Virus record (IMG/VR): IMGVR_UViG_3300045988_165550
Span: 32,001-96,000 of that record
Strand: one strand, 5' to 3'
DNA: 64,000 bases
DNA from: a virus
A program made the position numbers and the translations under genes. Below the pieces are notes generated by a model that was given only the letters and a program-made list of their open reading frames with translations, made no database searches and was not told where the DNA came from. Below, piece by piece: positions 8,915 through 18,627 of the stretch. Position 1 is the first letter of the stretch, and each line of letters opens with the position of its first letter.

Positions 8915-9739
8915 ATGGCAAAGAATAACGATTATCTTGTAAAAGCAAAAGAGTACCTAGCCGCAATGAAGACTATGTACAACCTAGAGCAGTTGGCAGA
9001 TGGGGTTCGCCCTGATAAATACAAGTACATCTGTCAAAAGTATGGTATTGATGAGAACGAAGCCATGAATATGTACTCTGTTCTTCAGAAGATGAAGAAG
9101 GAATATTATATGGTGAACTATAAGAAATCGGCAGCTTTGGAGCGCGTCCTGGCTATTGCTGAGGAAGCCTATGTTACCTATAATCATGATCGTGTCGATT
9201 TTTACGTAGAACTACACTCCCCTGAAACAAGATACAAGTATATTCTTGTAAGTTTCCGCAAACCAGGCGAAAAGTTGGTTCAACAGGAGTTCAATATAAC
9301 AGACCCGAAAACCTTTCCGGCTGTCACCGACATGATGAATAGCGGTTTCGAGATTGTCGGTATGTCACGACAGGCAGACGAGATAGAAAGTACAAAGTAC
9401 GATGGAGTCGATGACGATAGAAGGATTTACATCCCTATTTATGATGGCGACGTGCTTCTCTGCTACTTAGAGAATCCTGACAGTATTTTCTCTCATCATA
9501 AAGAATGTGGTCTCTATCTCTGCCATGCTGGTGTTTATCATCGCCTCGTCTATACTCCTGGTAAAGGATACGTAAGACATCATAAGCCAGATGAGGATGA
9601 AGATTTCGAGTTGGATATTAGCGAAGAGTCTTTCAGTCAGTACGTCTTGACATTATCCAAGAAATTCCGTAAGTTAGGTAACATCCATTCCGGCATCGGT
9701 TTCCTCATGGAAGAAGATAACAAGGAAGAAGAGAAATAG
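8915..9739 (+). CDS. Hypothetical phage protein
   Basis: 274-aa ORF with start context AAAAGATATGGCAAAG. Confidence 0.7.
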   Translation: MAKNNDYLVKAKEYLAAMKTMYNLEQLADGVRPDKYKYICQKYGIDENEAMNMYSVLQKMKKEYYMVNYKKSAALERVLAIAEEAYVTYNHDRVDFYVELHSPETRYKYILVSFRKPGEKLVQQEFNITDPKTFPAVTDMMNSGFEIVGMSRQADEIESTKYDGVDDDRRIYIPIYDGDVLLCYLENPDSIFSHHKECGLYLCHAGVYHRLVYTPGKGYVRHHKPDEDEDFELDISEESFSQYVLTLSKKFRKLGNIHSGIGFLMEEDNKEEEK

Positions 9740-9742
9740 CGT

Positions 9743-10090
9743 ATGACAAAGCAAGAATTGTTATCTACCCCTGCCTTTCAAAATGCAAGGGATGATGCTT
9801 TTATCTATCTAGTTGCATGGATTGATGACGGCCCATGGATAAGACATATTTCAGCTCCTAAGAAGGAAGATCAAACCCAGGACTGCATTTGTTTTCGCTC
9901 ATTCGAACCAGCGATTAGTAAAATACGCCTGTTAACAAATCCTTCTTTTCGTCATTCTAGGGGAGATAAGGTTTTAACCTTTCAATACTTGTATGGTTGG
10001 CATAAAACAGGAAGATGTGATGTTGATATTGACTCAGACGGCGATATTATCATTAGAGAGAAATTAAAAGAAGAAGATTATGCAGAATAA
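9743..10090 (+). CDS. Hypothetical phage protein
   Basis: 115-aa ORF with start in an AAATAGCGTATG junction, where TAG is the stop of the previous gene. Confidence 0.6.
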   Translation: MTKQELLSTPAFQNARDDAFIYLVAWIDDGPWIRHISAPKKEDQTQDCICFRSFEPAISKIRLLTNPSFRHSRGDKVLTFQYLYGWHKTGRCDVDIDSDGDIIIREKLKEEDYAE

Positions 10091-11066
10091 AGAAGGAACT
10101 CCCGTAAAAGGAGCATTGATTTACCAGCCGCAGGGTGCGGCTGGTGAATATGCTAAGTGGGCAATCAATCTATATCATGGTTGCTCTAACGGCTGCACAT
10201 ATTGTTATAACCGCAGAGGTGTGTTGAGTCACGTCTTCGGCGATAAGCCGGAACTGGCGGCACCTATCATTAAGCAGCGAGATAAGCAGCTCAATGAATA
10301 TCTGAAGAAAAACAATATGACTGCACATGATGCTATTAAGAAAGGTGTTGTGGACCATGAAAGTCTCGTTGCCACCCATGCTCTTATCTCGAAGGATTTA
10401 AAGAAGATAGGAATAGATAAACTACGTCAGGATGGCGGTATCTTCTTCTCTTTCACTTGCGACCCATTCGATATAGAGGCAGATATGCTTATCCTGCATG
10501 GGACGGTTTTACATTTACTATTCGACCGTATTCCGGTCACGATATTAACAAAAAACGTAAATTGGTCGCAGACTGATTTGTGGAAGTGTACACTTCGAGA
10601 CCTTACAACAGATTATAAGGATATAGCCCGCCACCTCACCATCGGTTTTACTATCACTGGCAAAGATAAGTTTGAGCCAGGTGCTCCTTCTACAGAGAAG
10701 CGTATCGAAGCCCTGCGTAAGCTGCACGATGAATACAAGATTAAGACCTTTGTGTCTTTAGAGCCAATAACGAGTATTCATACCGCATCGGAAGTAATCA
10801 AGAAAACATATCAGATTACGGACGAGATACGCTTTGGTGCCCAGTCGCCTATCAAGAAGGACAGATATGATCCGAACGAGTTTGTCGGTTTCGTTATCGC
10901 GATTAAAACCCTGGCACGCGGTCTTGATTGCCGTTTCATGGTAAAGGATAGTATGTATAAGCAGGCAGAAACTTTTGAAGGTGCTTATAGAAATTTGTGT
11001 GTCAGAAATCTCGATGAGATAAGAAAGATTTATGAATCAAAACAAAAAGAAAATTATGAAAAGTAA
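10080..11066 (+). CDS. Radical-SAM enzyme of the SplB/DNA-photolyase-like (COG1533-type) class
   Basis: YHGCSNGCTYCYN matches the GCxxxCxYCY cluster motif of that class. 328 aa. Confidence 0.7.
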   Translation: MQNKEGTPVKGALIYQPQGAAGEYAKWAINLYHGCSNGCTYCYNRRGVLSHVFGDKPELAAPIIKQRDKQLNEYLKKNNMTAHDAIKKGVVDHESLVATHALISKDLKKIGIDKLRQDGGIFFSFTCDPFDIEADMLILHGTVLHLLFDRIPVTILTKNVNWSQTDLWKCTLRDLTTDYKDIARHLTIGFTITGKDKFEPGAPSTEKRIEALRKLHDEYKIKTFVSLEPITSIHTASEVIKKTYQITDEIRFGAQSPIKKDRYDPNEFVGFVIAIKTLARGLDCRFMVKDSMYKQAETFEGAYRNLCVRNLDEIRKIYESKQKENYEK

Positions 11067-11694
11067 ATTGAAGTATTACGCTCAGGTTATAGGCGTTAAC
11101 CTGTTGGCTATATTAGTACCCCTCCTCGCCGTTGTCCTTATCTATGGCTTCGGCAAGTTAAAGAATACCTATACCCATCCTTGCGTTCTATCGCAGGAGA
11201 TATACGATTGCTGCTTAGAGGCGACTATCGTGGTATTGGCTGGTTTCTCCGTAGGTCTCCTGCTCGTTGGCTGGGCTGATAGCTGGCGAAAAACGAAGCT
11301 CAGAGTTCTAAAGGGCAAAAGAGAGCGTGAGGAATTAGAATTGCGTGTCAAGTTAGAGGTAGAGCCTATTGAGGAGAGAACGGAGCAGAAGAATACGCTT
11401 GCGCTTGGCGATTCCGAGTTTGAGGATATTTCCGGATTGACGGTTAAAGAGATTTGGGAACTCTATAAAGGGCGTGAGATAGATCTTTTAGGTGGTAATT
11501 TTTTTATTGCTGGTTACGACGAAGAGCCTAGCTTTGTTGTTGTCGGTACTAAGTTAGTTCAACCTAGCATAAGTTACGACGAGATGGTAGAAAGAATGGC
11601 TAGTAAAAATCCCGATAAGTGGCATGTAGAAAAAGGTTATGCAGATTACGGAACGCTTTCCACCAAATACATCCACATCTATAAAAAGAAATAA
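11056..11694 (+). CDS. Membrane protein (two predicted TM helices)
   Basis: Start trimmed to ATTATG at 11056. TM segments are VIGVNLLAILVPLLAVVLIYGF and ATIVVLAGFSVGLLLVGWA. Confidence 0.6.
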   Translation: MKSKLKYYAQVIGVNLLAILVPLLAVVLIYGFGKLKNTYTHPCVLSQEIYDCCLEATIVVLAGFSVGLLLVGWADSWRKTKLRVLKGKREREELELRVKLEVEPIEERTEQKNTLALGDSEFEDISGLTVKEIWELYKGREIDLLGGNFFIAGYDEEPSFVVVGTKLVQPSISYDEMVERMASKNPDKWHVEKGYADYGTLSTKYIHIYKKK

Positions 11695-11712
11695 TAACTA
11701 AGCATAGAAGCT

Positions 11713-12045
11713 TTGGCAGCACCCAAAAGTAATTACAAAACGTTTTACGCCAATCTTTATTATACAAACCCATCGGCATGCGAAGGTAAAACATACTTTA
11801 TGCGTCCTATCCCAGAACACATGAAGCAGTTTCTCTCCGTTGTTGATGCGGATGCAGCTATAGCGCAAGTTCTAGTTTTTGCGAAGGCTCATCCCGATTT
11901 TTGTATGAAAAGGTTATGCGTGGTAACGTCTTTCTATACCAAGAAGGACAATTACAATTACCGTACAGATTACCAGTGGTACAGATGGAATAAAACTTCG
12001 CATAAATTTGAACGAGATGAATACCAGAAAAATGTGCATTGGTAA
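11713..12045 (+). CDS. Hypothetical protein (TTG start in the track; true start uncertain)
   Basis: 110-aa ORF in the co-directional array. Confidence 0.4.
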   Translation: MAAPKSNYKTFYANLYYTNPSACEGKTYFMRPIPEHMKQFLSVVDADAAIAQVLVFAKAHPDFCMKRLCVVTSFYTKKDNYNYRTDYQWYRWNKTSHKFERDEYQKNVHW

Positions 12046-12080
12046 TAAAGATATATTGAAAAGAATAATGAAGAATAGTT

Positions 12081-12662
12081 ATGCAAAAGAATTATTTATT
12101 TGATGTTGATGGCTTGCTGCAGGTGCTGCAAGCCATCAAGGAAGGAAAGCCCGTGGAGTATCGCCCACTGGAGGAACCTAATTGGCGAGATTTCGACCCA
12201 GAGGATTGTGATATAGATACGGAAAACTGTAAGTATCGAGTTAAGCCTTGTGAGTATGGAGAGAATATTGGTACTGTAGTTCTTCGTCCTGAAGACTTGC
12301 AGGAAGATAGAATTTATTTCTTAACGCATGGAGATTATAACACGAAGAATAAAGATTTTATCTGTGTAAAGAGTAATCTATGGCGTGAGAACAAGATGGT
12401 TACCTTTCATTTCTCATGGCAAAGTGATGGTGTTTGCGCTACGCTTTTAGTGGGCGATGTGAATGCAGAAGGCCGCCATAGCGAGCAATCAAAAGGCTTT
12501 GCTAACATAATCGCTCCTCATATTGTTTCTAATAATTTCGATGGTGTAGAAATCCGGCTGGCATCCCTGGCTCAAGTCGAGATACTGGAGTCTAAGTTAC
12601 GAGAAATAGGCTATGAGTTTGAGAACGGAGAAATAAAAAAGATAGATGGGAGCAAAGAGTAA
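12081..12662 (+). CDS. Hypothetical phage protein
   Basis: 193-aa ORF. Confidence 0.65.
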   Translation: MQKNYLFDVDGLLQVLQAIKEGKPVEYRPLEEPNWRDFDPEDCDIDTENCKYRVKPCEYGENIGTVVLRPEDLQEDRIYFLTHGDYNTKNKDFICVKSNLWRENKMVTFHFSWQSDGVCATLLVGDVNAEGRHSEQSKGFANIIAPHIVSNNFDGVEIRLASLAQVEILESKLREIGYEFENGEIKKIDGSKE

Positions 12663-13242
12663 ACAAACACCGCTCCTTACCAAGGAGCAGGTAACAGAGC
12701 AGCTTCTTCAGCAGCATTTGCGCGGCTGGAAATCGAACCCTAAGTACATCGTAGAAAACCTGTACGTGTTCGACTGGGAGAGTGATATGCTCATCAAGAC
12801 CCGAAGCGGGTATTGGTATGAGGTGGAATGTAAAATCTCCCTTGCTGATTTTAAAAACGATTTCACCCATAAGCGGCAGAAGCATGAATTGCTGAAGAAT
12901 GGGGATGAGAAGCGTCGCCGCCCGAATCTCTTTTACTATTGCGTACCTTGGTACCTTAGTGCGAAAGTATATCCTCTCCTTCCTGATTATGCCGGGCTGA
13001 TTGTACTTAAAGCGGATGGTAAGCTGGATGAGATACAACATGCACACTGCCTGCATCTGCATAAGTACACCAACGAGGAGTTGAAGCTATGCGATAAGTT
13101 CTATTACGCCTACCGCAACTGGAAGGAGAACGTAGAGCGCCATCAGCCTACCGCAGAAATCAAGCGCCTGAAAGATGAGATTGCTTTCCTCAAGGCAGAA
13201 TATAAGGCCGTAGCCGGATGCGATATTAAAGACGCATTTTAA
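12646..13242 (+). CDS. PD-(D/E)XK nuclease-fold protein (MmcB-like)
   Basis: FDWESDMLIK...YEVECKISLADFKND gives a D...ExK arrangement and the EcKiSxaDFxxD signature. LFYYCVPWYL lies downstream. Confidence 0.55.
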   Translation: MGAKSKQTPLLTKEQVTEQLLQQHLRGWKSNPKYIVENLYVFDWESDMLIKTRSGYWYEVECKISLADFKNDFTHKRQKHELLKNGDEKRRRPNLFYYCVPWYLSAKVYPLLPDYAGLIVLKADGKLDEIQHAHCLHLHKYTNEELKLCDKFYYAYRNWKENVERHQPTAEIKRLKDEIAFLKAEYKAVAGCDIKDAF

Positions 13243-13263
13243 TGATTAAAAGATTTATAGATT

Positions 13264-13911
13264 ATGGAAAAGATAGAATTAACAAAGGAACAGATAGAAA
13301 AGATAGCTGAAGGCATCAGCGTTATCTGCTTCCGTTTTGATTTGAAGACAAAAGAGTATGCGCTTTTTGAATATCCGAAAGTGAACATCTTTCACCAGTC
13401 GTGTGTATGGAATGATCCGTCTGAAGATTATTGTCGCAAGAAAGAAGTAAGACAGGTATTTCCTTCTTTTGAAGCAGAACATACCTATGACCATCCGATG
13501 CTTTTTAAGCCAAGTCTTGCAGAAGCGATTCAGGCAATGCCCCTCGACTTAATAGGAAAAGCAAATGCTTTCACCATTAAGCATAATGGCTTCAATGCCG
13601 ATGGTAGTAAACATGTGAGTATCGTTACTCCTTATCTTATCGGCGAAAAGATAGTGCAGATACCGCCTGTAAAGGATAAGAAGGAGGAAAAGCGTCTGCA
13701 TCTTTCACCATTAAAGGTTGGCGACCTCGTGGGCACTATTCTCGATGAGTATTGTCAGGTCAGTATAGATTGGCTTGCCCCTGATAACTATATACAATCT
13801 GCATGGCAGGGTTATCTGAATGATGTTCCGGAGGAATACTTGAATAAGCCTTTCCGTCCGATAAATATCATGACGGATTCAGAAAAACTTATTCATTTAA
13901 TCATCAACTGA
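13264..13911 (+). CDS. Hypothetical phage protein
   Basis: 215-aa ORF with start context AGATTATGG. Confidence 0.65.
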   Translation: MEKIELTKEQIEKIAEGISVICFRFDLKTKEYALFEYPKVNIFHQSCVWNDPSEDYCRKKEVRQVFPSFEAEHTYDHPMLFKPSLAEAIQAMPLDLIGKANAFTIKHNGFNADGSKHVSIVTPYLIGEKIVQIPPVKDKKEEKRLHLSPLKVGDLVGTILDEYCQVSIDWLAPDNYIQSAWQGYLNDVPEEYLNKPFRPINIMTDSEKLIHLIIN

Positions 13912-13933
13912 TTATTTTAAAACAATAAAAAAT

Positions 13934-15157
13934 ATGAGTTTATATACAAAACAAGAAAAGGTGAAATCCCTTTGGCATCCTATTACCGATGAGGATTTTG
14001 AGATAGACTTCGGTAAGCCGTTTATTGTTTGCTGCGATGATGCTTCTCTCTTTATCGTGAAAAATTTTGCAGATATGTTTAGCTATCTGGATGAAGACCG
14101 ATTCTACGATGTCGAGGCGCAAACCCTGTCTGAAGAAGGCAAGGAGGAATTTCGAGAAGACTATTATGGATATATGTATCTCGACGAGGATTTCTACCAT
14201 GCGATAGATTGGGCGAAAGGCGAGTATATCGAGGACGTGAAAGGTGATCGAGAGAGACCTGAATTGTTTGTAATGTATGAATCGGGTCCCAAGGTGTTTG
14301 ACCATTTCGATTTTGGTCCGAGCGGTACTCCGGCATACGGCGGGGCACCGTTGCTGCGCAGAGAGTTCGCCGCAAGACATCCCGAATTATACCACGTAGA
14401 GTATATCGTTAATTTGAACCACGTTCCCGCAACATCCCTCAATGCCCTGTTTATGGCACCAATCGATGAGCCTAAAACCGCTTACGTGGTAACATCGGGC
14501 GAGTATAGTGACTACCACATCGATGGAGTGTTTTCCGATAAAGAGAAAGCCGATTTCTTTGCTGATAAAGACGGTGATAGAAGTGTTGAGGAATACGATA
14601 TTGACGATGAGCAGACGCTTCGACAAGAAAACTGGTATGAAGTCAAAATTTACGTAGGAGAGTCTTTGGAAACCAAAGACATTTCAGTACTGAACCTCTC
14701 TTACAATTCCTGGAACAAAATATTTGATGCTGTCATGTTCGCAAAGACTGGGGAAGATGATAGGTATTTCTCCTTCTATTTGGCAGCCATTAATCGTGGT
14801 AAGGCAAAGGCTATAGCTTTGGAGCGTTTTCATGCTTTATTGGCTGTGGAGTCTTCTCATTTCCCTATGTTGAGATGTGTGCGTATCGTAGACCCTGTCC
14901 GTAGTTATAAGATTTGGCAAAGCTTGGTGTTTGGCTATTTTGACTACAAGGCTTATTTCTGCCCTAATGATAGAATAGAGAAAACGCAAGATCTGTTTAT
15001 GAAAATAAAAGATTACCTCCCCAAACCACTGACCGAAGAGGACGAGGATAATATCGACTGGCAGAATCTTACGGAAGAAGCTTGTCTGCAGCTTATGCGT
15101 AACCATGGATTGGATATTGAATTGAAGAAAGATTTATCTTATGTTTATTATGACTAA
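13934..15157 (+). CDS. Hypothetical acidic protein
   Basis: 407-aa ORF. Several antisense ORFs inside it look like shadows. Confidence 0.7.
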   Translation: MSLYTKQEKVKSLWHPITDEDFEIDFGKPFIVCCDDASLFIVKNFADMFSYLDEDRFYDVEAQTLSEEGKEEFREDYYGYMYLDEDFYHAIDWAKGEYIEDVKGDRERPELFVMYESGPKVFDHFDFGPSGTPAYGGAPLLRREFAARHPELYHVEYIVNLNHVPATSLNALFMAPIDEPKTAYVVTSGEYSDYHIDGVFSDKEKADFFADKDGDRSVEEYDIDDEQTLRQENWYEVKIYVGESLETKDISVLNLSYNSWNKIFDAVMFAKTGEDDRYFSFYLAAINRGKAKAIALERFHALLAVESSHFPMLRCVRIVDPVRSYKIWQSLVFGYFDYKAYFCPNDRIEKTQDLFMKIKDYLPKPLTEEDEDNIDWQNLTEEACLQLMRNHGLDIELKKDLSYVYYD

Positions 15158-15192
15158 TAAGAAATAATACATTTAATCATTTACTAAGTATT

Positions 15193-15552
15193 ATGATGAT
15201 ACAGATTCAAGATTGGAAATGTGACAAGAAAATCGTGGTCGTGGATGAAATCAACCATGGCACCGTGCAGGTGGAGATACCGAAGCCTGGAGAGTATAAG
15301 GATAAATATTATCAGCATGCCGATTGCGCCATCTATAACCTTTGGGTGGATGAGAAATATCGCAAGCAGGGTGTGGCACGCCTCCTGATGGAGACTGCGG
15401 AGAGGGAAGCTAAGAAATTGGGATGCAAGTCTGTGCAGTTGGAATATGATAAAGAGAGCGGGTCTTTCGTTCTCCAGTGGTACCAGCGTCTTGGCTATGT
15501 GGTGAAGGCTTGCGGTATAGGTGGTCCGCTGCTGCTGGTAAAGAAGCTTTAG
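15193..15552 (+). CDS. Minimal GNAT-family acetyltransferase
   Basis: WVDEKYRKQGVARLLMETAEREAKKLG (motif A). 119 aa. Confidence 0.65.
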   Translation: MMIQIQDWKCDKKIVVVDEINHGTVQVEIPKPGEYKDKYYQHADCAIYNLWVDEKYRKQGVARLLMETAEREAKKLGCKSVQLEYDKESGSFVLQWYQRLGYVVKACGIGGPLLLVKKL

Positions 15553-15585
15553 GTTCATTGTCCCGCCCATCAAAAAATAATGTAT

Positions 15586-15593
15586 TACCTTTG
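15586..15593 (+). promoter_or_regulatory. Bacteroidota -7 box
   Basis: TACCTTTG, 25 nt upstream of the ATG at 15618. Confidence 0.6.
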
Positions 15594-15617
15594 CAAACAG
15601 AAAAAGAAGTATAGTAT

Positions 15618-16154
15618 ATGGATAAAATAGAGGAGCAGATGATGCTGCAACAGCTCAAGTCAATTTATTGGCTGATGATGGACTCTTCCGGCAAGATGGA
15701 CTTCGCAAATAAAACGCTATGGGATGAGATTACTGATCTCAACCAGGATAGTGGCGATTACCGGGAAGAGGTGGTAGAAATCTATTTCACCGATGGCAGG
15801 TTTATACAACTGCATAACCGCAGTTTTGAATCGCTTATCAATAATTCCTATTCCGGTGATGACATCCAACTGCTGCTAATGAAAGATGAAAAGCTCTTCA
15901 AAGCAGTAGCAGATTGTGGCGCATGTATCTACGATGTTTACCTTCCGGTGGTTCGCATTAGATATGATGATCCGGAAACAGGAAGAACGGAAACTGAATT
16001 TCCTATATCCTCCGTGGTCCGCATAGCCTCTTATAGTAAAAAGGTAAAGTGGAGCGGGGAATGGGCTAAACTGAGTCCCGAAAAAGTGAAGCTGCATGAA
16101 CTTATGTTCCGTAACTTCCGTGAAAAATATCTCAGAGATCATCCTGAGAATTAG
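15618..16154 (+). CDS. Hypothetical phage protein with its own promoter
   Basis: 178-aa ORF, last gene of the + strand left arm. Confidence 0.65.
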   Translation: MDKIEEQMMLQQLKSIYWLMMDSSGKMDFANKTLWDEITDLNQDSGDYREEVVEIYFTDGRFIQLHNRSFESLINNSYSGDDIQLLLMKDEKLFKAVADCGACIYDVYLPVVRIRYDDPETGRTETEFPISSVVRIASYSKKVKWSGEWAKLSPEKVKLHELMFRNFREKYLRDHPEN

Positions 16155-16365
16155 GAATTTTTCATTCTTCTAAATAATATATATAAGTGTTTTTAATCTT
16201 GTTTCAAGATTGTTTTATAAGATTGTTTTTATTTATAATGTATTTTGTTTACCTAAGTCCTCCTTCGTTGTGATAACGCGGGAGGTTTCTTTAGTCAAGG
16301 TCAAACGTGTAATAATGTAGTAGTTTTTGTATTACCATGTAATAATTGGTTTTGTATAAAGAAAG

Positions 16366-16398
16366 AAGGGGCGGTTGTCGTGATGACACCCGCCCCTT
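16366..16398 (-). terminator. Terminator between convergent units (best on the minus strand, after terL)
   Basis: 14-bp GC-rich stem AAGGGGCGGTTGTC / GACACCCGCCCCTT with 1 mismatch and loop GTGAT. The minus-strand transcript continues CUUUCUUUAUA. Confidence 0.7.
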
Positions 16399-16405
16399 TA
16401 TCGTC

Positions 16406-16440
16406 CTATAAATTATTAACTATAAACTATCAACTAAAAC
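16406..16440 (+). repeat. Heptamer array A (YTATAAA-type, 5 units of 7 bp)
   Basis: CTATAAA TTATTAA CTATAAA CTATCAA CTAAAAC, abutting the terL stop codon. Shares a 22-nt core with array C1 in inverted orientation. Confidence 0.85.
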
Positions 16441-18443
16441 TAAACGTTCCTTCCGTCCGGCAGTACGAACCAGCCGATATTTCCTCGCCAGAACTTGCAG
16501 CCCAGATATAGCGAGTCGAAGGCATCGGTGAAGTCGGTTCTCTGCTGCAACGGCAGGTTGTCTTCCGTCTCCGCTTTCTTCTCCTGACTCTTATCCTTTC
16601 GGAATCCCTGATAGCCGATACTTACTTCACAGAGCTGCATGGCGATAATCAAATCAGGGTTCTGAGTCTGATTGATACGGATAGCAGGATATTCGATACC
16701 GGCAAGGGCATTATTGATGATGCGATGCTTCACCTCGTGCTTCTCTGGCACACCCATATCTATTGCCGTAACATTCCAACCATTGCGCTCCAACTCCTTA
16801 ATCACTGCCTGGTAGAATCGCTCATCGGTCAAAGCATACGATGCACCCTGCTTTGCGGTGGCATCATAGAAGTAAACCACGTCTCTGTTGATGGCTCTCT
16901 TCGGAGCATAGTAATGTGAGAAATCATCTACCAACTCCCTCAGCTTGCGTTCGTTCTTCACATAGAAGCTTTTGATAACATTCACAGCCTCTACTCCGTC
17001 ACGCTGATATACCTGACCTACCACCAGGGTATTGATATTCGCATTGTAATCGAATGCCAGATAGAGAGGAAGGTCGTTCACGCAGTCAGCATCCATACGG
17101 CAATCGTTTCTCTCGGACAGTTCCTTCAAATCCGGCTGATAGCTCTCTGATGTAATCTTCTTGCCGCCGATGATGCCGGTAGCCTTCTGTGTACTCCAAT
17201 TAGCAACCGAAAGGGGATCTATCTCATTATCATTGACGTATCCATGCACTCTGTCTATGTCTAAATTTGAGTAGAAGCCATCATTAGATTTCTTGACTTT
17301 TACGTTGAGTATAGATACTGCGAAGGTGTATGCAGGGAGATCTCGTTTTAGCTGTTTGATGTAATCTTCACCGAGAATGTCAATATTTTCTAATGTAGAT
17401 GCACGTCTAACTACAAATCCGACCCTTCTTAACTCTCGAAGATACCCGTTTCTGAATTTATCCGATTTGTCAAACATTTGCATTTCCCAATACTCTTCTG
17501 GGGTAAGCAGATATTCATAATCGAATATTAACTCTGCATCATCTGTACTTACCAGATGATAATTTACGGCCATATCGACCATGTTTTTAGAAAGCTGCTT
17601 TCCGTGATTAGGTAATATTTTGAATTGACCTTCATGTTTAATCATTTTGAGTGCAATAGCTCGGATCATACTTCTCACTTCTATTGGTACTACGTGCGGT
17701 GTATGACCTGTTTTTTTTGAGTTATAGAGCAAATCATTATAACGTATTACCTTTCGGGCGTAGTCTTCAAGTTTATCTTGCACCCACTGATATGTCTTTC
17801 CTTTGAAAGGTCCGGATTCTATGATAAGCTCCAATTTTTCGTCTTCCCGCTCCAGCCAGCTTCCCTTCGCCGTCAAAGAGGCATCTGTAACAAACATCCT
17901 GCCTCTATAATAAGGGTTATATTCAGAAAACTCTATATTGCCTAATGGATGGGTCTGTCCTGATAGAGAAGGCATAAACTCTTCGTCGATTTTCTTTTTG
18001 TTTGCAAATCTACCTTCATCCAAAATGGCGTGTGAGAACGTATATGAGTTCGCTGATGCGGTCTGTGCGAGGGATATTGAAGCCCATTGTGCGCCGTTGG
18101 CGAACCATATAATATTATCATAATTTTTTGGCTTAAAAATTGCAGGACGGGCGTGTTTCGGAGGTCTTCCCCATCCCATGTGGATGCCTATTGTGAAACC
18201 GAACATTCGCTCCATTGCTGCCATTGTGCCAGGAATAGTTTTAGAAAAAGCTTGTTGTCTGGAAATAGCAAGCCAAGCGCCCAGCATGCCTGGCATAGAG
18301 TCCGACACTGCCCATACGCGTGGCGCTACCAAGCCATCAGTTTTACCTGTGCGTCGTCCAGCTATGACGATTTCATCTTTTGCTCCCATATAAAAGAGTT
18401 CTTGCTGGAATCTGTTTAAATATATTTGATGTGGTTGCTGCAT
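16440..18443 (-). CDS. terL: Terminase large subunit
   Basis: 667 aa. Walker A is AGRRTGKT, Walker B is HAILDEG, and there is a large C-terminal acidic-residue domain consistent with the nuclease half. Confidence 0.75.
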   Translation of the reverse strand: MQQPHQIYLNRFQQELFYMGAKDEIVIAGRRTGKTDGLVAPRVWAVSDSMPGMLGAWLAISRQQAFSKTIPGTMAAMERMFGFTIGIHMGWGRPPKHARPAIFKPKNYDNIIWFANGAQWASISLAQTASANSYTFSHAILDEGRFANKKKIDEEFMPSLSGQTHPLGNIEFSEYNPYYRGRMFVTDASLTAKGSWLEREDEKLELIIESGPFKGKTYQWVQDKLEDYARKVIRYNDLLYNSKKTGHTPHVVPIEVRSMIRAIALKMIKHEGQFKILPNHGKQLSKNMVDMAVNYHLVSTDDAELIFDYEYLLTPEEYWEMQMFDKSDKFRNGYLRELRRVGFVVRRASTLENIDILGEDYIKQLKRDLPAYTFAVSILNVKVKKSNDGFYSNLDIDRVHGYVNDNEIDPLSVANWSTQKATGIIGGKKITSESYQPDLKELSERNDCRMDADCVNDLPLYLAFDYNANINTLVVGQVYQRDGVEAVNVIKSFYVKNERKLRELVDDFSHYYAPKRAINRDVVYFYDATAKQGASYALTDERFYQAVIKELERNGWNVTAIDMGVPEKHEVKHRIINNALAGIEYPAIRINQTQNPDLIIAMQLCEVSIGYQGFRKDKSQEKKAETEDNLPLQQRTDFTDAFDSLYLGCKFWRGNIGWFVLPDGRNV

Positions 18444-18468
18444 ATTCTTGAATTTTATTTTTATGCAA

Positions 18469-18476
18469 CAAAGTTA
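18469..18476 (-). promoter_or_regulatory. Bacteroidota -7 box on the minus strand, for terL
   Basis: The + strand reads CAAAGTTA, the reverse complement of TAACTTTG. It lies 26 nt upstream of the terL ATG. Confidence 0.55.
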
Positions 18477-18595
18477 TGTATTTCAAAATAAAGGGAAAGG
18501 ACAATTATTTGCAGGTAAGGGTGATATTAATACGAGAAGTAGGTTAATTATTTAAAAATAAAACAATTATTTTTTAGTTTACAGATTCTTTTTGT

Positions 18596-18603
18596 TATCT
18601 TTG
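18596..18603 (+). promoter_or_regulatory. Bacteroidota -7 box
   Basis: TATCTTTG, 25 nt upstream of the ATG at 18628. Confidence 0.6.
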
Positions 18604-18627
18604 CACTAATAAAAATAAAAAGTCAAT

